From the NCBI RefSeq assembly GCF_964204645.1, contig NC_134034.1, forward strand, positions 11,234,962 through 11,298,961: 64,000 bases of DNA, given 5' to 3'. The position numbers and the translations under genes are program-made. How positions within the stretch are numbered: the first letter of the stretch is position 1; every line of letters begins with the position of its first letter. Below, one piece after another: positions 41,510-53,716 of this stretch. The notes under the pieces are model-generated. The model had not been told where the DNA came from and ran no database searches. It was given only the letters and a program-made list of their open reading frames with translations. The stretch is from Tubulanus polymorphus (lineage: Eukaryota; Animalia; Nemertea).

Positions 41510-41690
41510 GTGCACGATCACCACGGCACTGCCGCAGTGAACGATGGGACATACGGGGATTTTACTGTGAAATTCGAATTGCAGACGGCGCGCAGTCACG
41601 TGACACGTTACAAGTACACCGATTCGATGGAAGGAGACCGGGCGTTGGAGTGTTTGAAACGGTTCTATTCGACACCGTATCCCGGCGCAG
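41510..41690 (+). CDS. Internal coding exon, probable N-terminal ectodomain segment of a class B1 (calcitonin/CGRP-receptor-like) GPCR
   Basis: Strong acceptor (TTTTCTTGTTTGTTGACAG|) and donor (CAG|GTAGGT). The open frame reads VHDHHG...DSMEGDRALECLKRFYSTPYPGA(G). The 'EC-x6-TPYP-G' ending and the phase-1 intron before the second Cys match my recollection of calcitonin-type receptors. The family call is by eye only. Confidence 0.6.
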
Positions 41691-42191
41691 GTAGGTCAAC
41701 CCGTTTATATTCTATTCATAAGGGTCACTGGTCGGACTTGAAACAGAACGCGGTCAACTAAAGCTCAACAGACATGAAACGCTAGGAAACACGGAAACGT
41801 GAAACAGAAAGATGTTTTACGAGCGTTTCCCTGTGACGTGGGCGTTTATACGAGAAACGTTCGTCGGAATGTGCTCGTGGTCTTTTTAAATTTCGCTGGG
41901 GAGGACGCTTTGTGGGAAACTGCAGCTGATACTAATTCGCCAATCAAATAAAACCGCTCTCCAAATAACCGATCGATATTCGAAAATAAACGGCCTCCTT
42001 TATTTAAACGGCTCGTTTGAATTGTGCGCGAGTCAATATTAGAAAAAGAAACGTTAAAAATGTTCGTCGCAGTGACGTATAGAAAACATTGAAAGTTCGC
42101 AATCAGTTCGATCGAAAAGTTCAAACTTTTGCTTGCCTCACAAAACATTTCGAATTTGAAATTTCCGCTAGTCTAACAAAGCCAGAGATTC

Positions 42192-42323
42192 GGACCTGTT
42201 GCTCAAAAGTTGGTTAAAGATAACCAGCAGGTAAAAAAGGATTTAGTACCGATGAACTTTTAATTGTCACTTTGTCGACTATCCACTGGTTGACTTTAAC
42301 CAACTTTTGAGCAACTGCAGCCC
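42192..42323. mobile_element. MITE family C copy
   Basis: Long inverted termini GTTGCTCAAAAGTTGGTTAAAG / CTTTAACCAACTTTTGAGCAAC. Confidence 0.8.
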
Positions 42324-42999
42324 CTGATTTCAAGTGTTGAAATCATAAGTTTAAAAAAAAAACCAACTCGCAGATCGGTTTTCAGACGCAGTAAACAAAT
42401 CAAAAGGGATGGTTCGGTATAAACTCAATCTCAAGTATACCAGACACAGTCTGTGCGGGCACTTAATAAAATGCATTTTCTCTCCATCTCCATCCAGTTC
42501 AAATCGATAGGAATTAGTGGAAAAATATGGCGAATATAGCAAAGTTCAGCCTTCTACTGGCTAGAAACGTCTTGTTTGAAAGAAAAAATAACTAATTTCC
42601 CGTGAGAATTTGAAACCACCGAGTTCTACCGGCCTTGTTCGTATTAATCGCATACGATTGTGCGCTGTGGTTTAAATATTTGAAAATAACGGTTTTACCT
42701 CTATAGTCTAATGGCAGGTGATTAACTTTATTTTCGCGGCAGCGACGGCGTTTTAAAGATTAACGCGTCTGTTTCACAGTTCAATCTCCGCCCCGGAGCC
42801 TGCTCAAACCTCAACTTCCCATTAATAATAGAACACTGTACAGATAACTAATAGTCATATCACGATTCAGAGGTTTTAAGCGCGCATGTATCGAACGCAT
42901 TCATTTTACCTGGAGAAAATTGTTTGGAAAAGTTCTGTCAGTTTTCTCATGATTCTCGCTGTAATGAAGGTTCTAACATTATCACTATCTTGATTTAAG

Positions 43000-43385
43000 A
43001 AAATGGCAGAATTGATTAAACGTCACTACTCTCTCAATTTTAAAATAGCTCACTGCTATCTTCGTTTTGAAAATGACTTGAGTCTAAACGTCACCACTCT
43101 TAGTTTTTTGAATGGCTTAGTTTTGAAAATGGCTCATAGAATTGAGTCTAAGCGTCACTACTCTCTTAGTTTTTGAAAATAGCTCATAGAATTGAGTCTA
43201 AACGACACTACTCGTTTAGTTTTTGAAAAAGGCTCATAGTATCGAGTCTAAACGTCACTACTCTCTTAGTTTTAAAATGGCTCATAGAATTGGGTGTAAA
43301 CGTCACTACTTTCTTAGTTTTTGAAAATGGCTCATAGAATTGAGTCTAAACGTCACTACTCTCTTAGTTTTGAAAAAGGTTCATA
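43000..43385 (+). repeat. 49-bp satellite array 4 (degenerate 5' part)
   Basis: About 8 monomers. Confidence 0.93.
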
Positions 43386-43897
43386 ACTGAGCCAAAAATA
43401 ATTTCTCAACTTCCATAGTGTTAAATGAAGAGGCTAATTTTCTAAAGGTGTATAGGCTATAGTTTAACTCATGTATTCTAGCCTCGAGTAGATGTTATAA
43501 TGGATGGCTGTGTGTTTTCTAGCGAATGCGCAATATTGTTTTTTTTTGCTGGGATGTAAGAAGATGCTGCTGTATCCGGATGATGGACGCTCTCGTGGTT
43601 ATCAGCCTTCTTTACGGACCGATGAATTTACGTGTCCGTCTAAAAGTGACGTATCATCTCGGCGTATACGTTTAGACGGGTTCCGTGATGTATACGGGCG
43701 ACAGGATTGACGCCGACCCGTCAAACGCAGGCGCATTATACGCGCAGTCCCGAATACTGACCTGTACTGACAAATTACATGTCCCCGAGAATATGTCAAT
43801 TTATTGTCAAATACAGAACCCGTCGTGATTTTCCTTTTTGGGACGAGAAAGTGCTTAATTATTACGATGCTTTTTTGTGTTCTGTTCAGGACCGAAC

Positions 43898-44140
43898 CGC
43901 CAGTTCCACAATTGTGAGTAAGAGTTTGCTCTGAACTGAGGATTCAGTTCCACAGTCGTAAGTTAGAGTTGAATCTGAACTCAGGATCCAGAGTTAACTC
44001 ATAGCTCAGGAACCAGTTCTACAGCTGTGAGTTAGAGTTAACTCTGAACTCAGGGCACAGTTCCACAGCGCTGTGAGTTAGAGTTAACTCTGAACTCAGG
44101 GCACAGTGTCACAGCTGTGAGAACTGGTCACTGGGTCCTA
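43898..44140 (+). repeat. Array of about 42-bp units made of MITE family A left arm (CAGTTCCACAG..GTGAGTTAGAGTTAACTCTGAACTCAGG)
   Basis: About 5 copies. Confidence 0.85.
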
Positions 44141-44667
44141 GGGTGTGTTTCTGTTTTCAATGAAGTGTTTTCAAGGAGATATTCTCCAAATCCTCAATGC
44201 GGGACTTTCTACTTTGCCCGATGCGCGAAATCACGATTCTCTGTGATCGTAAAAGAGACGTCAGTTTGGTGCACGTGCATACCGATGAAGGTCAGTGGCC
44301 TTTTATTAACGATCAATGTTTGTCCTCAGAATCTAAGAGCCAACAAGAAATTAATTACGCGTCAGGAACTGATTTCATGTGTGTGCGCTAATGAAATGGA
44401 ATTGTCAAATGAGAGGAACGCATAGTCTTCTGCGCGGCTCGGTCGGTCGTCTCTAGATTAGAATGCCACGAGCATTCGGACCACCCCCACGTGACAGCGC
44501 GTTCTATTGATACCGCTGTCCGAAACACTGTCGTTACATAGCTGGTGGTTATATCACAATCAGCAGGGGGCGCATTCGACACCGACGGATCGATGACGTA
44601 TGCATGCGCGCGTGATCTGACAACGCCGGAAGTGTTATTGTTGTTAGTGTTGTGTGGTTGTTCTACA

Positions 44668-45028
44668 GGTTGTGAGTTAGTGTTCACTCTGAACTCAGGA
44701 ACCAGTTCCACGTGAGTTAGAGTTAACTCCGAACTCATGAACCAATTCCACAGTGTTGTGAGTTGGAGTTAACTCTGAACTGAGGATCCAGCTCCACAGT
44801 TGCTAGTTTTGAGTTAACTCTGAACTCACACGATTCAGTTCCACAGTTGTAAGTCAGAGTTAACTCTGAACTCAGGATTCAGTTCCACTTGTTGAGAGTC
44901 AGAGTTACTCTGAACTCAGGATCCAGTTCCACAGTAGCGAGTATAAGAAAGAGTTATCTCAGAAAATGATTCCATTTTCTATCAGTTAACTCAAGTCTTA
45001 ACTCAGAACAGGAGAAACTGGGTCCTGG
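44668..45028 (+). repeat. Array of about 42-bp family A left-arm units ending in a degenerate full MITE
   Basis: About 7 copies followed by ...GAAAATGA...GTTAACTCAAG...AACTGGGTCCTGG. Confidence 0.85.
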
Positions 45029-46410
45029 GGCTTTTATGTCTGTATGGCTGTTGAGAGACAAGTGTTGGTAATTGTGAAGTCAATATGAGTAACCGCACTT
45101 GTAAACAGCGGTAATGCGACGAACTAACGCGGTCAATGTTCCGTGAAAATTGGGCCAATTTTCTACTCGAAAGCTCCGAATGCGATGCGTCGATTAACGA
45201 TAAGATCAAATACCGCAACCACAGCGAGATGAGCGCGATCCGCCTCGACACAGTAAAAACCCGATTACCTGAAATTGAAGCAGACTTCTCTTTTGAATGA
45301 TGAGGTTTTTTAGTCACTCTTCGAAATTCTTCGCTGAAATCTATAATTAGACACTTTCCCAATTACCGATAACGATAGCGCCATCTATACTCAGCATTAC
45401 AAAATCGCGATAATATGCGGTGAGCGCTTGTTAAGGACTTTTTATCTGGACTGCCATACCATCCAACCTTAGAGATCTATTGATAGTTTCAAGTGTTTCA
45501 AGAAGTTTCTAAAAAGCAATCTTTTTATCCAGTCATTTTCGTAGTCCTGTTTACTTAGTCATTGTAGTTCCTTGAGTTCCTTTTCCGGATTCGCTTTTCC
45601 TATTAATTGGATACCCTGATGTCTGCTGTCCGGGCGTGGTGTGATGTCTCACCGATACCACACGTCGAGATAACAGTTCCTTAGAATTAGAAAGCAAATT
45701 TTCTTGCATCGTGTTTGTGTATGCGCCATGCATAATTTGATCAGTCTCAGCTTTCTAGAAATATTCAACACTATACCCCGGAAATACGTATAGTGCAGCC
45801 AGTCTTCGCTCACAGAGTATCAGGTTCACAGCTGGAAATGAATATATACATATATCGCTTTTTTGCGGTAGATGATATTGTTGTGGACACCCGATGCTCC
45901 AGCCCCCACGGCCCCCGGGTGTTGCTAGTTTTGTAATATCATTCTCCGTTGCGGTTATAGTTACTATATACAGTAATATGAAACACACGCTGACTTTAGC
46001 GAGGGCTGAAAAACCCAGCTGCCATTTCATCGAATGTTTCTGTTGTCGCATCCAAATATTGCGTAACGATAGAAGTTGAACGTTAGGACCTTGTAACGCA
46101 GACTCGGTAGCCAGTGGCTGAGTCATTTTTTTTCAGGAGTGGAGGAACTTTGAATGTTGTTTTTATATCTTGTCTGATTAAGTTGCTGCATCCAATTATG
46201 TGTCATAAGTATGGCGTGTAAACCCCGATCTGCAGTCTATATTGGCGATGAACCGTTGAAGCTTACCCAAGAACCCCCGAAGAACCCTTTCGGCCTCGAG
46301 GTAACGGGTCCCAGACAGCATATTCTAGCTGAGACGGATCATAAAGAGAAATAGGCAATATTCCAAATTGCACAGACTCTTTTTCACCGATATTCTGTGG
46401 CTTCGTGACA

Positions 46411-46612
46411 GGACCTTCAAGACTCATCACGTAGCCACGTGAGGGAGGTAGCGGGGACCTTGAAGACTCATCACGTAGCCACAGGACTCCGCTATAGAAC
46501 ATTCGTGAGGGAGGTAGCGGAGACCTTCAAGACTCATCACGTAGCCACAGGATTCCGCTAGAGAACATTCGTGAGGGAGGTAGCGGGGACCTTCAAGACT
46601 CATCACGTAGCC
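46411..46612. repeat. Tandem repeat of about 65 bp (GACCTTCAAGACTCATCACGTAGCCAC core)
   Basis: 4 core copies. The first unit is shortened. Confidence 0.9.
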
Positions 46613-46962
46613 GCTGAAATGATGGCGAGTGATTGAATTAAGACGTCTGCTGAACCTGAGAATCCTGATCGACTATTGATCACCTGTAAGATATATGATT
46701 GATCGATTACAGGCAGTTATTGGGCGCACGCGCGCGCGCTGAGTGATTGGTCGCAAATTGACGATGCCGTTGACCTCAAAGTATCTTGAAATTTGAATAC
46801 ATCACGTGGGAAGTGTTTAGAATTCGAATTAGAGGTGTTAGGAGCGGGGTCTCGAAACGGTGTCACCGGTAACGTAGTAACGCTGTTCATTTCGGTTTAA
46901 CTGTCGAATTTACTTCTGCTTAATTTGGATCTGAACTCGGTTATACTCGATTGATGAGATTT

Positions 46963-47167
46963 TACCCCGAGTTGGAGTCAAATACCGAGCAAGAGTTTGT
47001 GAAGTACAGTAGACTCTGTCTCTTACTGCGGTAAAATTGAGATCGGTAAAATTCTACCCCGAGTTGGTGTCAAATACTGAGTAAGAGTTTGTGACATACA
47101 GTAGACTCTGTCTCTTACTGCGGTAAAATTGAGATCGGTAAAATTCTACCCCGAGTTGGAGTCAAAT
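46963..47167. repeat. 92-bp tandem duplication (about 2.2 copies)
   Basis: ACCCCGAGTTGG[A/T]GTCAAAT recurs at 92-bp spacing. Confidence 0.9.
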
Positions 47168-48309
47168 GCTGGGTAACTGAGGAAGACTATTTCTCAAACT
47201 CTAACTCACTGTGGATCTACTGGGTCCAGATCTAAAAAAATACGTTTGTCACCGCTGCGGAGGTAATTCGTTTCGGAGCTGTCACGCCGCTTTTACTGAT
47301 GGTTTTTTCGCGGATGTCGAATTGATGTTTTGACGGCAGCGTCGAGTCTGAATACATATCCGGCGTTACTAGCGTTGTAAAGAGCGTTAACGTAAGAGAA
47401 CGCTTCCCTTTAGAAGTAACGTTACGTGTACGTTACAAAACAACGGAACCGAGTCTTGTACGTAACTGTATACGGCATTTCTTGAAACCGTATTTAATGA
47501 TATCGCCCCGCGCTGACATAATTATTGTAATGCAAATCGTGCGTAAATAAAGCGAAAGAATTGAATTGTATTGAAATATGACGTTTCGACCGGAAGTCCA
47601 CGCCGTAAATCGAAATGATTTCCTCACTATTTTTTTCTATTTTTATTTTTACTGGGACCTATTAATATCCGTTGGATTTAAGGACCTCGGTAATTCAGTA
47701 AACCCCTCGCCTAAAACTCGGATTTACTGGGGCCGGCGAAATAGATCCGACTTAAGCGAAATTTAGGGATCGGAAAATACGTTAGGATTCATTTTGTCTT
47801 ATAGGATTATTGAAAGGTTCTTTACAACGTTTGTACTCGGTGTAAGACTTCGTGGGTCCCAAGATTACACGATAGCTTGAAAGTAAAAACCAGTTTAAGA
47901 CCATCTTAGTTCTATGGTCAGTCCAAGTTCAGACCAGACTTAAGTCTTGAAGACAAGTGTGGTTTTAGATCTAAGACTGGTCTGAACTTGTTGGATGCAA
48001 TCAAATTGTTAGTTAAACCTAGTTGGGGGAAACTGACTCGAGTTGTTGATTCGAGATCAGCCCTGAACTCTGCTGTATATCAGGAAACCGGATCCATTCA
48101 CCGGCTCTTTCCCGTTCTAATTATTAGAGGCACCGCTCGGCTTAACCAAAAAGTCACCCGTTCATGCAATATAATGGAAACAGGAAATTTGAGAATGTTT
48201 CATAGCAACATGTACCAGTATAGAACCACACATCAGAGTGCTTCTTCACTATAAGAGTTTCTTATGAAGTAAAATATATTCACAATTTTCTAATGCACAC
48301 AATAGATAC

Positions 48310-48567
48310 CATCCTCGCTTGCCAGGGGTCCGGTATCACTCCCGAACTCGCTTCCACCAGCCCCCTGGCCTCACGAAGCGTGATTTCATTACTGGCGCTG
48401 TTGCGCATGACGTCATATATCGATTTGCGAAATACTTCCTTGTTCAGTAAAACGTTCGCTGATTGGTCCATTTAACGGGAAAACCAATAGAAGCCTAAAG
48501 TCGTTTGTTACAAGCGCTGTGATTGGTACGACCGGATTCTGGTCGGCTAGTAACGACTCCAACGACT
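48310..48567 (-). mobile_element. Second copy of the 14064-14323 repeat
   Basis: Reverse-complement match. Confidence 0.8.
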
Positions 48568-48593
48568 CGTGAGGTCACGGGGTTCGGCGAACA

Positions 48594-48860
48594 GCTTTAG
48601 CGTAGTGGGTTCGAATCCCTTGACGGGGGAAGATGAATAGATACGGTCGTATTGTCCTGGATCCAGTACCACGTACACCATCCCGGTTCACCAAGAACCC
48701 TAGTGTCTTATGTACCAGTTGGTTACAGTAGGATCGTAGAGCGACGCAGAGCACTGTGGAGACATCGACTGCCAGGGCTGGGTGAACACCCCGGTAGCCC
48801 ATGTTTTGGGATGGCGCGCGTGTGTGCTTAAGCGTTAGTATCAGTACCGATTATATACAC
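48594..48860 (+). mobile_element. Probable tRNA-derived SINE (internally deleted head plus conserved core)
   Basis: TAGCGTAGTGG runs directly into the B box GGTTCGAATCCC. The core TAGGATCGTAGAGCGACG...ACTGCCAGGGCTGGGTGAA is repeated at 52751-52847. Confidence 0.55.
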
Positions 48861-49489
48861 CATGTCGTCTCGATGTCAATATTCTCTAAATATTCTTCAT
48901 GATTTTCTTCTGCAATTGCAAACTGTATACCATCTTTACCCGTCATGGGATTCGAACTCACTAAGCGAACTTAAATGGATACAAATTCTCACTTCTCGTG
49001 GTGTCCATCGACTGGATCGCATTATCTTATCATCACCCTTGTAATTTCTTAATGTTGTTTAATTCATGAATACAGATACGAAATAGAATGATCAAAAGCC
49101 TAAGCCGATATACCGGACCCCTGGCAAGCGAGGATAAAGCAGTACCTAAATTTACTAAAAAACCTATGGTGTCGATATCATATAGATATTCAGAACCCAA
49201 TGTCCTGATGATCTTTTACAAACATAAGCATTGTAATAAATTTCTGGACGTAACCATTTGCAAAGACAAAAAAGTACCCGTGATGAAAAACATATATTTC
49301 AAGCGAGGATGGGGTTTTTTTATGGGTCTCATTTGCGTATACGTCGCGGCAATATGAATCTAATTCTTGGAACCGCACTGACATCTGGCACGCGAGAAAC
49401 GAGTTTTTTCGCTGGTTGCTGATGAAATCAATGTCACTGAACTTTTTTGGTGCGCAACGGCGTATAATTGATGCTTCACTCGCAGACAA

Positions 49490-49918
49490 GAAAACTAACT
49501 CGAAAGTTTGTTGTCATCTTGCAAAATAGCGCACAATTACACCGTATTGCATAATTTTCGACGATGCATATTATGTGATATGAATGAAATGCAATATCAT
49601 TGATCAATAAAGTTACTTTTAATTCAAATAAATCGACCATTGAATTGAATTGACCGGCAACCAGTCTAGCCCGATATATCGATAACGTAGTGCACATCCT
49701 CTTAAAAATAATGATTGAAATGCGTCAAATATATGATAAGAGTTTTGAAGCATGTTTAATTACAAAATGAATGCCAAACTCATTGTTATTTTGAAACGGA
49801 AATATTGATGACGTAATGCAAATCGACTCGCAAAAAACCCCTTGGATGAATACCCCACATCAGTTATCAATGTATATAAACATGTAACGGTTGTAACGGT
49901 TTTTACGGCGTCAAAAAA
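49490..49918 (+). mobile_element. Composite dispersed repeat, third copy
   Basis: Homologous to 21090-21520 and 23120-23411. Confidence 0.7.
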
Positions 49919-50419
49919 AGTTGTGATCAGGTGGGACGTCCATCCTAATGAACAGACATCGTGATAACGTAATAAATTCAGCTGGTCGCGCGCGTGACTG
50001 CGGTTACCGACATGCCGGATATGACAGTATCGAATATTGTCTGGATTGTGAATGTGACGCGTGTTATTGCGCACTGGACACTCGTGGCGTGCAGTACTGC
50101 AGGTGTCCAGTCCATCTCAGGATGACTGTCGATATACTATGCGTGATAACTCGTGGTCTGGAGGTGGAGCAAAGAAAATTGGAAGTCTGGGGTCAGGATG
50201 AAAAGAAAAGGCATATCTCGGATTGAGCAGCCAAGTCAAAGTCGTCTATTCGGGTAACGCGTGGTTCCGCCCTCGGTTTTACATATTTTTGAAGCAATTC
50301 ATCTGAGAGGTTGTCAAATATGAAGATTTCAGCAATCTCTGTCTAGACCGCCCCCTAAATCCACCCCTTGTAGTCTGGGGTGCAGCGAGCTGTAGGTTGC
50401 AGCGGTTATAAACTCAGTT

Positions 50420-50694
50420 ATCACACGAAGTTGCAATCTTCTAACCACGTATCGCTACCGTCTTAAAACGTTTGGTGGACGTAGCTTACAATGTATTGCT
50501 CCAACTCTGTGGAACTCTCTCGACGCAAATATACGGAATATAACTGAAATCAACACTTTCAAACAGAGAGTAAAACATTTGCTTTTCTGCAAAGCCGATG
50601 CTCTGTGAATTCAGCACCACTACCATACAAAGCGCTGGTGAACATTATTATTAGTAAAACAGGCGCTATATAAATGTGACATTATCATTATTAT
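50420..50694 (+). mobile_element. 5'-truncated L2/CR1-clade LINE (ORF2 C-terminus plus 3' UTR)
   Basis: 50420-50608 translates as ITRSCNLLTTYRYRLKTFGGRSLQCIAPTLWNSLDANIRNITEINTFKQRVKHLLFCKADAL*, matching the typical G-R-F...AP-LWNSL...FK-LK-LF tail. It is followed by AAGCGCT...GCGCTATATAAATG and an ATT tail. Confidence 0.85.
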
Positions 50695-51356
50695 ATGTTT
50701 ATTTGGCCTGGGTTAAAGTCGATATCGGTCCATAAAACCGGGTCCAGTATTCAGATCTATATTGAACAGAAATGTTAAGTGAAATGGCACATTAGATAAA
50801 GGCACAGTATACTGCAGATATGTCGTTCGTTTTCCACGCGTCTCAAACAATGGAGATAAATCGTGGAGTCGCTGGCAGTTGAATTCGGGATCAGCTCTAA
50901 TGGTATTAGATTCCAGACTCTGATAAAACTGCGACATACGACACAAAAAACCGCGCGGTCCGCGAAATGCTCCATATCAGTGCTGGTTCGGAGTCGTCTG
51001 CGCGGTGGATGACAGGCAACAGCTGACGAACTCGAAATGTAAATACGTCGCTAATGTTTTGATCGATGCATTTCCGATCGTATTCCGAACGATTCTCTCG
51101 CGAGAGAAGACGACAGCGGCAGCAGCAGCAGCGGCAGTAGCGGCAGCAGCGGCGTCAGCAGCGAGAAAATGTAAATACTTTTTTGATAGATTAATTTCTG
51201 ATCGGAAATGAAAGATTTATAGAGTGCATCAAATATCGAAATTGAGAGAATCTCGATTCTGTACGCGAGAGTTGTGAAACATTCGCTATCGCTATTGAAG
51301 TGTAGATCTGTCTCGAAATACTCCACGCCACTTTTTAACTAGTTTCGTTTACTTCT

Positions 51357-51370
51357 TATTATTATTATTA

Positions 51371-51446
<76 letters not shown>

Positions 51447-51480
51447 CATTATTATCATTATTATTATTATTATTATTATT

Positions 51481-51533
<53 letters not shown>

Positions 51534-51538
51534 TATCA

Positions 51539-51597
<59 letters not shown>

Positions 51598-51625
51598 ATT
51601 AATGTTGTTATTATTGTTATCATTA
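51357..51625. repeat. Compound (ATT)n-(ATC)n-(ATT)n microsatellite
   Basis: Seen directly. Confidence 0.97.
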
Positions 51626-51669
51626 CTTCATTGTTATAGTATTCATTATTATATTATATAATAGTTACA

Positions 51670-51824
51670 GGGCATCTCCCCTTATGGTACAGCCCCCGGC
51701 TTGGAGATGTCCTTTTCTCAAATTGTATTTATGTGTGTTTATTGATTATTTGTATTTAGGGAGAATAAAGCATTCATTCATTCATTCATTCATTCATTCA
51801 TTCATTCATTCATTCATTCATTCA
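51670..51824 (+). mobile_element. Non-LTR retroelement 3' end (stem-loop, AATAAA, (CATT)n tail)
   Basis: GGGCATCTCC...GGAGATGTCC hairpin, then a T-rich linker, AATAAAG and about 13 CATT units. This is typical of CR1/L2-type tails. Confidence 0.55.
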
Positions 51825-52750
51825 CTACACTCTCTACTTCAGACAGCTGCGGGTCGAGGGGTTCTGTGAAATACAAAACCCTCGACTATTTTGAGCTGCC
51901 CTTTTCTCTTAGAGAATTCTCAATTCCTCATCATATGGAATACTATAAGCTATATTCTTGCATAATCGATAGAACAGAAGTTGTCTACTTGGAAAATGCC
52001 GTTAAAATCGCGTCCATCCTCAAATATTCAAATGCGACACTTGCAAATACGCCTCAAAATATTTGATTTTTAACGACAGAGAGCGCTGTTGAATGTGTCA
52101 CAAGGCCATCATAATAGGTTCGCTTTGCCTTTGATAATTTTGCAGCGATATTTTTTTAATTAAACCCTTCTTTGCGCAGAATTTTCATTTTCATCTTCTA
52201 TTTCATCTCCCCCCCCCCCCCCCAAAGACGCTCCTCTAATCTCCGAGTAAACGTCAGAACGTATAAATCTACGAACGCACCTAGATAACTGCGGGTTTAG
52301 GGTTACGCGGGCGCGGGGTAGCCAGCCATCCGTATCGTAAACTAAATAATCCAGATTTATAAACGACGAGGAAACCTTTTAATTAAATTAGCTTCCATTC
52401 AACACAAGTCAAATCGCTAATAGCTGGAAACATCGTTCAGATGCTGAATTCTCAAATGTATAGATCGGTAAATCAAACGTAATGTCACTGCTGAAATACT
52501 AAATGATTGTTTATTCATATCGGACTAATTAGCCTTTAACTCTGCTAGCTGTAAACAATCAAACGAACATCCAAACGATGTTGTTTGATGAATTAATCAC
52601 GAGATAGTGTGTATAATTGCGGGGTCTGTCAGGGGTGAGGCTAGAATCGGATACTTTGTTCTAATCATAATCACTGATTTCAATAATAGATGCGCGTGTT
52701 AGGCAAGCGGACAGACGTTTTGGTGAAGCATAGTTATGTTTCACCTTAGT

Positions 52751-52847
52751 GAACCTTAGTGTCTGATGTACCACACTGTGTGGGTACACTAGGATCGTAG
52801 AGCGACGGAGATCTCTGCGGAGACAACCACTGCCAGGGCTGGGTGAA
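52751..52847 (+). mobile_element. Fragment of the SINE-like core
   Basis: Matches 48695-48787. Confidence 0.6.
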
Positions 52848-53716
52848 GGTTATGTCTAGTGTCTGACTTTGATGTCCTTTGGTGCGGTTTGTGATTTTGC
52901 AAATAAATTCGTATTGAAACTTACTTACAATAAGTAGAAATTGGCATTCGTCCCGGAACTAACAACAACCAATCAGTTGATATTGGGCAAGATGTTTTAG
53001 TAACCGAATTTGTGGCCAATTGTCTCTCGATCTGATTGAAGCCACGCGTAATACAAAATGGCCGCCTTACGATTTAAAACGTCGAATGGATTATGTATTT
53101 CAACATTAGAAAAAGCAATCTTTTCGAGATGTACCATTTCTAATTGAAGCGAGATCATCTGCTGCTGTGGTTGAACCGAGTCCCGTGTCATGACATTTTC
53201 CCTTTGTACAGCTCTAAGCGATTTTGTAGTAACATCTAAAAATCAATTGTTAAGCTATTTTCAGCCTGTTACCAGGTTACCCTAATAATAGAAGAACAGT
53301 GTCTGTTCTGAAATGTATATAAGTCGATTTATATATATATATTTGTCTATCTTGTCTGTTCGGCGTCGTCTTTCAATCAATTTTCACGTCTTTATTGTTT
53401 TCACTTAGCAGAAGAAAAGACAATTTTCTTGATGCTACCGATATATGAAACCCCTCCCCGGACCGAAATAGCATATGACGTCATAGCGTCGCTGCTTCGA
53501 AGGATTTTCTCCCTAGGATCGCCTTGGCGTATAAGGCCTATTTTGATTGAGATGCCGACACTTAACGAAATGTATATTCTGAGAAATCCTTTTTTTGTCA
53601 TTCCGCGGTATCGGTGTCGATAAACAACAAGGACTAATTACCATAGACGCAGTGATTGTCTGGCGATTCACTTGAAGAAATCTAGTGACGTTTCGCGACT
53701 CAATTCTTTGAGACAT

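Noticed and set aside
43898-45028. Repeat-spacer (CRISPR-like) reading of the CAGTTCCACAG arrays
   Set aside because: The intervening sequences are homologous to each other and to the MITE arm, so they are not unique spacers.
45551-46126. Minus-strand ORF with a signal-peptide-like segment (MKWQLGFSALAKVSVCFILLYIV)
   Set aside because: No splice signals or recognisable domain. It may be a decayed retroelement 5' region, but I cannot support that.
49948-50226. Cys-rich 92-aa ORF as the next GPCR exon or a zinc-binding protein
   Set aside because: It lacks the WDG/CW motif and clear exon boundaries.
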